Shown here in pieces: positions 27,401 to 38,862 of a DNA stretch of 64,000 nt. Origin of the DNA: Gekko japonicus (lineage: Eukaryota); assembly GCF_001447785.1 (NCBI RefSeq), contig NW_015167098.1, forward strand, positions 310,980-374,979, in the 5' to 3' direction. Made by a program: the position numbers and the translations under genes. Numbering within the stretch: the stretch's first letter is position 1; every line of letters starts with the position of its first letter. The notes below the pieces were generated by a model. It was not told where the DNA came from and did no database searches. It saw only the letters and a program-made list of their open reading frames with translations.

Positions 27401-29149
27401 AACTTACTGTGTTTGAACGCATCTTTAAGAATAATGGCAAAACTTTTTTCTAGTTAATACCATAGTTCAATAATGAGCCTGCATAAACTGATAGTTGTGG
27501 ACAGCAATATCAGATAACAGTTAACACTATAAGCTCAAATTCAACAGTTAAAAATTATGATACATATATTTTCCAGAAAAAAGCTGGAGTTGCAAGTATT
27601 CTTTTAGGCACCCATACGATTGAAAGATGCATTATTTTTATAGATGTGTCCTATTTCAAAGTTTTGTTAGTTTCCAAAACATTGTTCTCATGTATTAAAA
27701 TATTATGTTAGAAAATAAATTACATTCCGAATTAATGACAATACTATGGTAACTAAAAAGTAATTTTGTTTCTAAAAGGATATGTGACAGTCACCTGTTT
27801 CAAACTTCAGGCAACAATTTCTCTCCCAAGTAGAACATACAGCAACTTTAACACTTTTCACATTATTTCTACAGTGCAGTACTACTTGGGACACTGTCTA
27901 AAAGACATAAAAGTTAGACCTTCCAAGCTCTTTCACCATCATACTCTAGTCTCTATTAATCAGCATGTGTTTTTCATAAATCCATGCCACTTCTAGAATA
28001 AAAGATAGTTTAAAACTTTCATAAGAGTTCTCGGGAATGAAGTTATTCTCTCTGCAACACTCTACAGTGCAAGGTAGAGTGCTGCAAATGTGCTCTACGC
28101 ATCCAGCTACATTTAGCTTTCAGCCTTTTTATTATCATTGTCAATGAATGGGGACCCAGTCAAATTAAGCTGCCATTTTAGGTTAAAGACTGAAGAGCCT
28201 CTGTTGTGCAACAGCAAGACAAAAAACACTCCAACCAACAGCTGCAGCATTCTAACTGGAAAAAAACCATTAAAAATATAGCTCGCAATTGTGCTTTTTA
28301 ACAAAAAAAATGTATATAATACTCACACATTACAGCAAACTAACTGGGTTTATAATTGGGATAAATCGGCTACCCATACTGCCAGGGTCATAGTCACTAA
28401 GATTTTTGCCGCAGTTAGAAGGGGTGATCTGTGAGAAAACAAAAATATTTTTGTTCAACTTTTATGCTTATTTTGTTGTGTATTATACTAGATAAATAGA
28501 CTGCACTCAAAAATAGAAAAAATAAATTTCAAGACATATACTTCTACAGCAAAAAACAAAAACATATTCATTTAAAATCAATACTTTTCATTGAAATCTA
28601 CCAGTACTAAGTTGCAGGAAAAGCTCCCTGCAAATAAAGAATATCTAGACCTACTTGAAAAGCACATTCAGTGCCATACCAAACAAAGACAAAGTAGAAT
28701 GAGTTGCCTGGTGTATGTAACAATCTCTAGTAATGCAAAGGAAACTCTCCATGGATTGCTACTTTTCTTTTGTCCATTGTCCGTTTGAAACTACTTTAAA
28801 GCAAAGTCCTGAGGACTAGCCAAAAGTGATCTGGAAAAACTCATCCGATTTACTGTCAACGCAATAAATCCTGAGCTTAACACCGCCACCCTAAGGGCTG
28901 CCCCCAGTCAGTTTCAGGGGTCCCTCACAGTACAGAAGGGTGTCCCCTTATGTAATGCTATCAGGGAAAAAATGAATGCAATATAATGATGGCTGCTCCT
29001 TCTCCCTGAGACTCGCCAACAGCCTTCACTCCCCACCCCCTCATGCGCCCCCCCTTCACTTCTCCAGTGTCCGCTTCTATAATCTGCACCCACCCACCAT
29101 AGCCCAGGCAGAAACAAAATCCCTGGCCAGCCTCATTTCCCCGTATGAA

Positions 29150-31400
29150 TCAATCCTAAACACATACACTCCCTGACCGCCTGGCCTCAAACCACCTTTT
29201 CCGCTCACCCTCAAAATGGCCTTGGTTTCGGGAAGGGAGGGGGGGAAACTACGTCCACTAGGGAGACTTCTCAGCGACCCGCTCCCGATCAGTGGAAGAG
29301 ACACAGATACAGAGAAGCGCGCAGGCGAAAGGCGATGTGTTTGGGGGGGGGCTTGTACAAAAAGGGAAGCTGACTTGGTCCGCGGGGTTAAGTCTCTATT
29401 ATGTTACTGCTGCTACCGCCGCCAGCCCAGTACGTTTAGGTAGCGTCTCTCGCCCCTCTTCTTCCTCCTCCTCCTCCTCCTCCTCCACCACCCTTTCTTC
29501 TTGGGCTGTTGGGAAACAGTCGGGAGCACCCCTCCCCCCTCCTGCACACCCGGTCCCCTGCGTGTGACTCCCGTTTCACTCCCACCGCCAGCCTCCTCGC
29601 TCCTCTTCAGCGAAGACAAATAACCCCAGCGCAACCTCGTGCCTCTCTCTCTCTCTTCCCCCCCCCCCCCNNNNNNNNNNNNNNNNNNNNNNNNNNNNNN
29701 NNNNNNNNNNNNNNNNNNNNNNNNNNNNNNNNNNNNNNNNNNNNNNNNNNNNNNNNNNNNNNNNNNNNNNNNNNNNNNNNNNNNNNNNNNNNNNNNNNNN
29801 NNNNNNNNNNNNNNNNNNNNNNNNNNNNNNNNNNNNNNNNNNNNNNNNNNNNNNNNNNNNNNNNNNNNNNNNNNNNNNNNNNNNNNNNNNNNNNNNNNNN
29901 NNNNNNNNNNNNNNNNNNNNNNNNNNNNNNNNNNNNNNNNNNNNNNNNNNNNNNNNNNNNNNNNNNNNNNNNNNNNNNNNNNNNNNNNNNNNNNNNNNNN
30001 NNNNNNNNNNNNNNNNNNNNNNNNNNNNNNNNNNNNNNNNNNNNNNNNNNNNNNNNNNNNNNNNNNNNNNNNNNNNNNNNNNNNNNNNNNNNNNNNNNNN
30101 NNNNNNNNGGTGTGTTCACTCCCCCCCCCCAAACCATTTACATCCCGAGAAGCTCCTCAAGGGGGGGGGGAGAGATGCACATGGGCTGAGCAAACAGCCG
30201 GGCGAGGAGCTTGGAGCGCACACCCCGGACTCGACTTCTCCTCCCCCTCCCTCTCCCTCTCCCTCACGACCGACCTGCCGTGGGCCCCGGCCAAATGGGC
30301 AGCAGCTCCGTGCCCGGCGCGCCGCTGCCCTCTAGGCTGTGTTCGAGCTGACTCTTAAGGGCGCGGGTCACTCACCGGGTCAGAACCGGCTCAGCAGCGT
30401 CCTCCGACGTTTGAGGGAAGTGGAAGGGGGGGGGGGAAGGGAGGTTAAAAAGACCGAGAGAGCCTCTTCCTCCCTCACAAACAAACAAACAGAGAGAGAG
30501 AGAGAGAGAGAGAGCCACACACACGCGCGCACGCACCGGGAGTTGGTTTCGGCCCGACGGTCAAAGCGAAGGCAGGCGGAGATCCCCAGACCAGGGCCGG
30601 CGAAGGAAGGGAGGGGGGGTCACTGAGGGTCTCGGGGTCTCCGCCGGGTCCCGGCTCCGCTTCACTCCTTTGTGTAATTTCACTTTATTCAAGTTTAATC
30701 CGATAGTTCCCGAGCGCGTCCGCAGAAGCCGAGCGACACAACCAGCCAGCCAGGCGGCTGCCGCTGCTGCTACCGCCCCCTGCCTGTCCGCTCGTCCGCC
30801 CCCGTCGCTCGCTCCCTCCCTCCCTCCGCCCGCCACGAGGCGCGTCCCCGACACCCCTCCCTCTTGTGGGCGAGCGGCAGAGTGTGAGAGCGCGCGCGCG
30901 CCCGCAAGCCCCGCCCACACAGTGCTACACGTCATTAGTCCGTCTGGCATAATTTATGCAAGAATCCAACCCTACTGAAAGGGCGAAGGGGGGAGGGGTG
31001 GAATGGGTCAGGTCACTAACCTTCCTCCCCTCCCACCGTCCCGCCAGGCGCAGCCTCCGCAGCCCACGAGGAAATTGCCCCCTCCCGGGAGGGAGAGGAA
31101 GAAGAAAGGGTGGGTGGGGGAGGGGGTGCCAAATGCTGACAGGGCGCTGAGGACAGAGACGCTCAGACAAGTCGACACCCTTCCCTCCCCCCCCCCTTCT
31201 AACCTCCCCACACACACACACCAAGCGACAACGGAAGGGGAGGCGGGCAGACAAAAAGGTGGGGGAAGGCAAGGGATGGCGTTCAATGTGTAGATATCGA
31301 CATGCAGCTACTGAGGAGGCGCCCTGCCTCCTCTGTCTGTCCTCTGGACAAATGGCCGAGAATCCCGGCGAGAAAGGGGCGGTGTTTACAGGAGCCCCTC
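29150..31400 (-). promoter_or_regulatory. CHD7: CpG island / promoter, probably of CHD7
   Basis: Dense CpG, GC box at 30909-30916, CRE-like ATGACGTG (minus, about 30928-30935), GA/CA microsatellites. The gene name is inferred from the known position of CHD7 directly downstream of RAB2A on the same strand; no coding sequence here confirms it. Confidence 0.75.
30376..30890 (-). other. CHD7: Non-coding first exon (5'UTR), probably CHD7 exon 1; TSS approximate
   Basis: Perfect donor CCG|GTGAGT (GT at 30375-30374). An AT-rich block in the GC-rich exon (minus GAACTATCGGATTAAACTTGAATAAAGTGAAATTACACAAAGGAG) resembles, from memory, the mammalian CHD7 5'UTR. CHD7 is known to have a non-coding exon 1 and a long intron 1. 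Confidence 0.7.
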
Positions 31401-33999
31401 ATGGCCTCACGCAGTAAAAGCTTAACCTGGCCACACAGAACAGTCAGTTACCTCAGGCATGCTAAAATTCTGTCCTCGGTTTAGAGTCCAGAAAAGTTCT
31501 CTATCAGACAACTCATAAATACAGAAGGAGGAAGAGCACCTGCAAGCGAAAGACTTGAAAAGTACTTTCCGACTCTCTTGAGAAAATCTGTTCGAACAAT
31601 GCCCACACGATTCTCTTCAAACATGTTCTCACATAATAGAGAGCAGGTTCCCACAATACAAGTGGCAGTGTCAAGCTAAACCATGCAAAATGTGTGCATG
31701 CACACTTTTTCCAGCTACTTAACAACACCGAGCCTAGGATCTGCCATTGGTTGCTATTTCTCACAGTACATACACAATGGGAGAAAGCCTGTAATGTGAA
31801 ACGTTTCTAGGAATGGCTCAAACTCTATAATACCATGACATGACCATAAACTAAATGTTAACTTCAGGATGGGTATCCTGAGATTCCCCAGCTGTTCACA
31901 GTAGAGTCACATCCACAAATAAAGAGCAAGATTGGGTGGAAGTCACTAGTGAACAGTAACATTTACTGTTTATTAATCTTGAGTAAGCTGTACTAATTCA
32001 TGTGAAAAATAGGCCCTCAGTAAGTTCTCACATCCATTACTGTCCCTCAGACCTTTTCTCGGAACACTAAACCAACTGCCATTTCTCACATCTCTCAAAA
32101 ATTTTGGTTCCTTGACAGTTTTAATTACTGTCCTAAATAGGGACCTTGCATTATATGTCGACGACAAGATCTCTCTACTACAGACTTATTAAAGGTACTA
32201 AATACTCAGTGGGTAATAACATGGGACTTAAACAGTACTATAATTCAGTTGCCCCCCGCAGCACACTTAGACTTCAGATTTCACCATGGCTAGCCTGTTG
32301 TAAATTCAAGTTTACAATTCTAAGTTATAAGAACCATATCTGCACATGAGATCACAAGCATATACTTCATATTGGAGTAAAAAACCACCCCCTGGATCCA
32401 TGTTTAGTAACTGACATATTAGAATCCTAATTTCTTCTTTAAGCTTGCTTGGGAAACAGGTGGACTAGACATTTGCCATACATTATGACAAGACTAAAGC
32501 ACTTCTGTACCACCTTTCTACCCAGTTCAGGGTTGCCAAGGCAAAACAGCTACTGTCTTTAGTAATAACTAATCAGCATTAATATTATGAACACATATCC
32601 TGAGATTTCTCTAGCCGATATCTAGAATGATAGGTTTCAGAACTAGTTTAATGGTTTATCGAAAAATCAAGAAGTTAGTCAAGGTTAGTCAAAGTTAATA
32701 TAGAAAATATGTCATTTCTAAGCTTTTCTCCCCATATTAAAAGTTCTAAGAAGTATAGTATTATGCTTCACATAATTGAAGTCTAGGTCTAGGCCAGAAA
32801 CTGAATATAACAAGCATCAAAAATAGTGAAGGAAGAGATAAAGTACTACTGTTCCAAACTAGAAGACAAAAGATAAGTTGAATGTAACATTGTTGGAACA
32901 ATAGTTTTAAGTGTTCAAAAGGAAGCAAAATCTTATTGTTTTTACAGAATATGTAGACCCATGCCTCATCAATCTGTGCATCTTGACTATATGGAAGCCT
33001 CCAGCATTAAACAGGTAAATAAATGATCATCAGGAAATAAACAAGCAGGAATTATCAAGGTTTTATGAAAAAGCCACAAATGGAAACTAGCTTTCTGGGC
33101 TGATGCTGAAACATAAGCCCTTGGGATACTATGAACAAGTTCCTTGCATACTATATAATCTCTGCCACAGAGCATGCTTTCTCTTACACAAGATCAACAG
33201 TTTTCAGTGGATCCTTTAGTGGAAGAAAAAGCATGCTCCATAGAACGGACTATCTAGCATAGAGGATCTTGTTCATAGGATCCATGCCTGTATTCCTAGT
33301 TTATCAGTAGTCCAAATATTCAAGTTCTTGTGCCTTAATCCATCTATTATGCAAAGACTGCATCTTCCCAGATTCTGCCATCAGGTCACTATCTGCTATG
33401 ACGCAGATTTCAAGGAACTTTATATTACAACACAAATTTGGAACACCAGAGTTCACAAACTTCAGAACAGCCAAAGACTTCTTTAATTCTGCCATTAACT
33501 TTATGAATAGCACCTCTCTAGAGTTACAGCAGTATAGTACCCACATGGAACACATACTACAACAACCAGAAAGCTGAAGTTTTCACACACAAGAAGAAAT
33601 AGGTTGTTGAGATTCTTTGGAACACCAAGCTCTGTAAGCCTTTCATACAGAGTCTCTAGTATTATTAGCAGTGTAGAATTAGAAAAGTCCAAAATACACT
33701 CCTTTTCTTACAAAAAGCCAGCTCCCTGAATTCAGATAGAATACTAAATCTGTGATAAGTAGGAGAGTTTGAAATAGTGATGAGCAGGTGGACCAAATAC
33801 AACCAAATATGAACTTGGGCAGGATAATGCAATATATAAATTGCATGATCATAGGGGAGAGAGAAAAGGAAAATCAACTTGATATTCTTTTTTTGTTTTG
33901 ATAAATCTAAGAACATTTTAGAAACTACTGTGGATGTGTCTATATTGTTTCCCCACTAGGCCCCATAGTGTGTGATTTTAATAATCTGTAACAACAACA

Positions 34000-34180
34000 C
34001 GTATTTAGCTTATATCCTTCTCCCCTCCTCCATTTGATCCTCACAACCCAGTGAATGAGATTAGGCTGACAGAGTGTGACTAGCCCAGGTCACCCAAAAA
34101 GCTTCCATGGCAAAGCAGGGATTCAAGCCAAGGTCTCCCGGATCCTAGCCTGACACTCTAACCAATACAATATTGGCTCC
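34000..34180 (-). mobile_element. Older Squam3/MIR-like SINE
   Basis: tcctcacaaccc..aggctgacagagtgtgactagcccaggtcaccc..gggattcaagcc..ctctaacca. Confidence 0.75.
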
Positions 34181-35864
34181 CAAGATGTGTTTGTTTTTCC
34201 AAACTCTTCTTTACACCAATCATGTTGCTGAATCCCTGGCTTCAAGGATATAACATGGAGGCTACTCTGTTATCTATGAAGAATACTAGGCACAGGGGCA
34301 AATGTTTTGTTTGCAGGGAGCAATGCTTACTGGGAAAGGAGGAGACAGAGGCATGCTACATTTGACCCCTCTCTGGACGCTGTCTGCTAGGCAGCATCTT
34401 CCATGCTATGTGTTTGCAGTGTAATTAGTGACACTAACACAAAGACAAACTTGGGGCCAAACCACGCAAGTGAAATCAGTGATAAAGATCTGAGAAGACT
34501 GTTTAGTTATACTAAGGCCCAAACTAGTTAGGGTGTATTGAAACAAGTCTGCCTATTCACATGTAAAGGAAGCAGGATGTCATTTCTATTTTTGAACAAA
34601 AATTTAACCTAGATCTAGTATGTTCCCCTACATGAGAACTCTGCCTTGCTACATATTAATTACGCTTACTGCCTGCTTTTTCTTGGGTTGCCAAATGTCT
34701 CCCAACGCAAGAATTCTGCCAATAAAACATATTTTCCCCATCTCTGTTTCCTCATTAACTGCCTATCCAGGGGAAAATCTCAAGGATCTTTCTCAACTTC
34801 ACCTTCTTCCATGTAACCAACTTTTCATCCTTTTGACTTCATCTGGTAATCAGACATCCCTTTTGATCTTTTTCTCTCAGCGTTTTCCAGGGGTTCAAAA
34901 ATGGGTACCTTTCATAGTTTCTGTTTTCATTTCATTTACTCTGTGTCCTTTTCAGGTTTCAAAATGCCAACACTTGTATGCAGAGAGTAACACTGAAGCA
35001 CAACAAATCCCTAATTTAATCTGCTGCTGTTGAATATCCCAGACACGAGAACAAATGAGAAGTTGACAGTCTAGCAAAAACTGATGCTTTGATAGCATAA
35101 TTTCATCCACAACAGTGATCCCCTGTTCCTATGGCAAATGACGACACACACACACCCTGCTTATAACTTCCACTGTCCTGCATACATGGAAGCTGTGCAC
35201 AGCAAAACAAAAGCCAAAACAAAAGCTGTGCACAGTCCTTACATTTCAATGTGATTATACATACATATGCATCCCTGAAAACCTCTTCTCAATAGAGTCT
35301 GATCTGGGTAAGTGTTGTGTTTTCATAAGCATTTTGGTTTATTGTTTAGTTTACTGTCTTGGGTAAAAAACAACAACAGAGGAATATAGCTGGGATAAAA
35401 ATACAAATTATGGACGAATTTATGGATAAATGTACGTCCCAGAAGAATACAAAAGAGATTATCAGCCGCTTAAAATTTGAAAAGTAGGGTAATTACAGCA
35501 AGAGATACCTCTCAGACATATTCAGGGATTCATTAAAATGTATATCCTTGGAGTGAAGAAGCAATCTGCTCCAGTGTTTGACCCGTGGTGTGAACCCAGG
35601 GAGCTGAAGGAATGTGACTTCTCAATGGGAAGCAGCTGCATGTGTCACATGGACTGGCATCTTTGGGGCCATAATGGAGTTGAGGGGGGAAACTGCACAC
35701 CTTCTCAGAAATACCTGTGTTGAGTTCTGGCCCACCTTCTACAAGTTACAGTTTGGGTCTGGCAAAAGAAATAAAATACAAGCCAATCATATCACCATTA
35801 ATTAGCTTACGTTATACTATAGAACATTATATTTTGTATGTTGTCCTGTTCTTTTGAAGGCATA

Positions 35865-36375
35865 TTTATTTATTTATTGTTTATATTTATATCCCGCCTT
35901 TCCAGATATCTAGCTCAAGGCGGCTAACATCATTAAAATGGCATAAACAACCAAGTTAAAACAATTAATAAATACCATACCAATTAAAACAACAACAGTT
36001 GCAATTAACCCAACAGAAATGGCGGTAATCCAAATCCCATCCAACGTTAGGGGTAACGTCCAGCGGAATCTCAGGCCTGAGGGTGTTCTAAAATTTCAGA
36101 CCAGACGATGTTCCAGGGCACACTCATCAGTGGCAGCCCCTAGTCGAAAGCCTGGTGGAAGAGCTCCGTTTTACAGGCCCTGCGGAACTATAAAAGGTCC
36201 CGCAGGGCCCTGATGTTCTCCGGGAGCTCATTCCACCAGGTTGGGGCTGCCACGGAGAAAGCCCTGGTTCTGGTGACATTCAGCCTAGCTTCTTTCGGAC
36301 CAGGGAGGGTCAGGCGATGTTGCGACCCTGACCGCAGTGCTCTCTGGGGCACATATGGGGAGAGGTGGTCCTCAG
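35865..36375 (-). mobile_element. L2-like LINE 3' end
   Basis: (TTTA)n tail, tatatcccgcc..ctcaaggcggct, cattccaccagg..ggagaaagccctgg. Confidence 0.75.
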
Positions 36376-36807
36376 CTTCTTATAGACAGTGAATATGCTG
36401 ATCTTAAAATCAGTCTAAGTGACAAGCAGCATCTCTGCACTATCATGATTTTCAGGTATGACATGTCAATAATGCATTGTAACTGCCTAGACTGACAATA
36501 AAATATGAAGGAGTTATTGAAGCAAAACACAGTTTTTCTCTAGTCAAATATATTTCTAACATGATGTCAACTCATCTCTCAGACCAGTCAATAGAACTCA
36601 CTTTTAAACTCACATCTGTTTACCAAGTCAGTCCTTTGAAAGGATGTTTCTAAAAATGATTGCCATGGGTATTATTCAATCTGTCAATTAGCAAGAGTCA
36701 TAAAGTATTAAATACTGAACATACTTTGTTGACTTTTTACTTTTATTGTACAAAATCAAATATCCCATAGAAGCCCAAAGCAAGCCAAGGCTCCAACAGA
36801 CTTGATA

Positions 36808-37148
36808 GGTAAAGGTTCCCTTGCTCGAAAGCCAGTCTAGTCAGACTCTAGGGTTGCGGTGCTCATCTCCGTTTCAAAGCCGAAGAGCCAACGCTGTCCA
36901 AAGACATTTCCGTGGTCATGTGGCCAGCATGACTAAACACCAAGGCACACAGAACGCTGTTACCTTCCCACCGAAGTGGTACCTATTTATCTACTTGCAA
37001 CTTCTTGCTTTCAAACTGCTAGGTTGGCAGGAGCTGGAACTAGAGATGGGAGTTCACTCCATCATGCGGCAACTCGGAACCGCTGACCTACTGACCTTCC
37101 ACAGCCTGCAGTTCAGCGTCTTAACCACTTGAGCCACCGCAGCTCCTT
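36808..37148 (-). mobile_element. Full-length Sauria SINE
   Basis: Diagnostic blocks ggtcatgtggccagcatgact, gttaccttcccacc..gtggtacctatttatctact, aactgctaggttggcag; 13-bp TSD aacagacttgata (36795-36807 / 37149-37161). Confidence 0.92.
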
Positions 37149-37371
37149 AACAGACTTGATACTATGCTGCAAATTTAGTTGGGAAAAGGCTATTACTGAA
37201 GATCAGTGCAAACCATGAATTTATTTTGCCAACACCACCAGCACATAATTGAAATGCCAGTCAAATGCTTTATTGTGTGAAGCTGTTGAACTGGTATATT
37301 AGCTGTCATTCTCAGAATATGTTCGCCAGTCCACTAAGTCTTTACAGTGGGTATTTAGATCTCAGCACATG

Positions 37372-37741
37372 CAGGGTTCTTTTTGTAGAAAAAGCCCAGC
37401 AGGAACTCATTAGCATAATAGGCCACTCCCAACAGCAGAAACTCATTAGCATATTAGGCCACATCCCTGACAGCACCCCCATGTTACCAAAAGTGTGGTC
37501 ATCCAGCCACACCCACCTTTTGCTTCTTATTCTGTTTACCTTGTTTGTTGTCAAAAACAGGGCTTTTTTTGTAGCAGGAACTCCTTTGCATGTTAGGCCA
37601 CACACCCCTAATGTAGCCAATCCTAATGAGTTTCTGCTGTTGGGTGTGGCCTGTTATGCTAATGAGTTCCTGCTGGGTGTGGCCAACTCAGGAGCCAGCC
37701 GGAACTCCGTTCCTGTGCGTTCCTGCCCAAAAATAGCCCTG
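37372..37741 (+). mobile_element. Complete hAT MITE with a second internal left end
   Basis: CAGGG..TTTT / AAAA..GCCCTG termini; perfect 8-bp TSD agcacatg (37364-37371 / 37742-37749); internal CAGGGCTTTTTTTGTAGCAGGAACTC at about 37558. Confidence 0.92.
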
Positions 37742-37849
37742 AGCACATGTAACACAAGGTTACTTTAAAACAATCTATTAATCAATATAAATCACACAGA
37801 GCCCGGTGCAAGTCGGGATGGTGCAATCAATAAGTCTAAATAACAACAA

Positions 37850-38862
37850 CACCTCCTGGGACCTCCCAGGGACGTCTGACCTGCCTCAATGAGGGCCAGT
37901 GCTTTTTAGGCCCTGGTCCCTGCTTGATGGAATGAGCTCCCATTAGAACTGTGGAAGCATAGGGATGTATTTTCATCGCTGGTGGGAGTGTCCCATTATT
38001 CAATCGTTCTGGAGTGATGTTATTGGACATATAAATGAAATCACCAATCAAAACTTACCGATTTGTCCTAAATTGTCTCTTCTTGATTGGGTGGATCTGG
38101 CTACAACTACGTTGGCCCAAAAAGAGCTCACTTCCAGGCTGCTGGCAGCAGCAAGGCTAACAATTGCCTCTGTTTGGAAATCTGGCTCTTCCCCCTCGTT
38201 GCAACTATGATTTGAAAAAATCTGGGACCAATTTATTTTAGAAAAACTGACACAAATTACTCAGAATACTAATGTTGAAACGTTTTAATGTAATTTATGT
38301 TTTACTCTCGGCAATTGCCGCTTGTTTGCCGCCCTGGGCCGTATGGGTAGGGCGGGATATAAATCCCAAAAATAAATAAATAATAAATAAATAAAGAGAT
38401 TAGGCGGTTATAGTGCGGTTAAACTGATAGTATTGGTAAAGGGTTATGTTTATCTTTAAGGAGTTATGTTTGTGTTACATTTGTTTTGTAATGTGCCTGT
38501 TTTCATTGCTGTCCCATTATGGTTTTTCTTAATAAAAAGAAAAAAGGAATCAGGGCCCTGCAGGACCTGTCACAGTTCCACAGGGCCTGCAATACAGAGC
38601 TCTTCCGCCAGGCTTTCAGGTGAGGCAGCGGTCTGCTACTGGCCTCCCCTCCAGTGACCTCAGATCCAAATGGCCACCTGGGAGGAAACTGCTTTTTGTT
38701 GAAATCTGTTGAGGCACTGGTCTTTTATTGATTACTGTTTTAAGATAGGTTTTTAGATATATATTTAACTGTTGATTTACTGTACTGTGAATTTTATGAT
38801 GGAACCCATCCTGAGCCCACTTGCGGGGAGGGCTGGATACAAATAAAATTAAATAAATAAAT
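37850..38862 (+). mobile_element. L2 3' end interrupted by an L1 3' fragment (about 37950-38545), which itself holds a short L2-type tail (about 38290-38395)
   Basis: L2 motif stops at ..tggaatgagctccca and resumes at atcagggccctgcagg; the intervening ORF 37965-38210 (HRWWECP.IQSFW..V, AAARL.IA..WK) is L1 ORF2 C-terminus and is followed by an A-rich tail. Confidence 0.75.

Noticed and set aside
29413-30358. Long ORFs of 176-239 aa
   Set aside because: Artefacts of translation through the N-gap; the same applies to ORFs at 53820-54267 and 60798-61064.
30561-30978. Ala/Pro/Gly-rich ORFs in the CpG island
   Set aside because: Expected from stop-codon scarcity in GC-rich DNA; no domain recognised.
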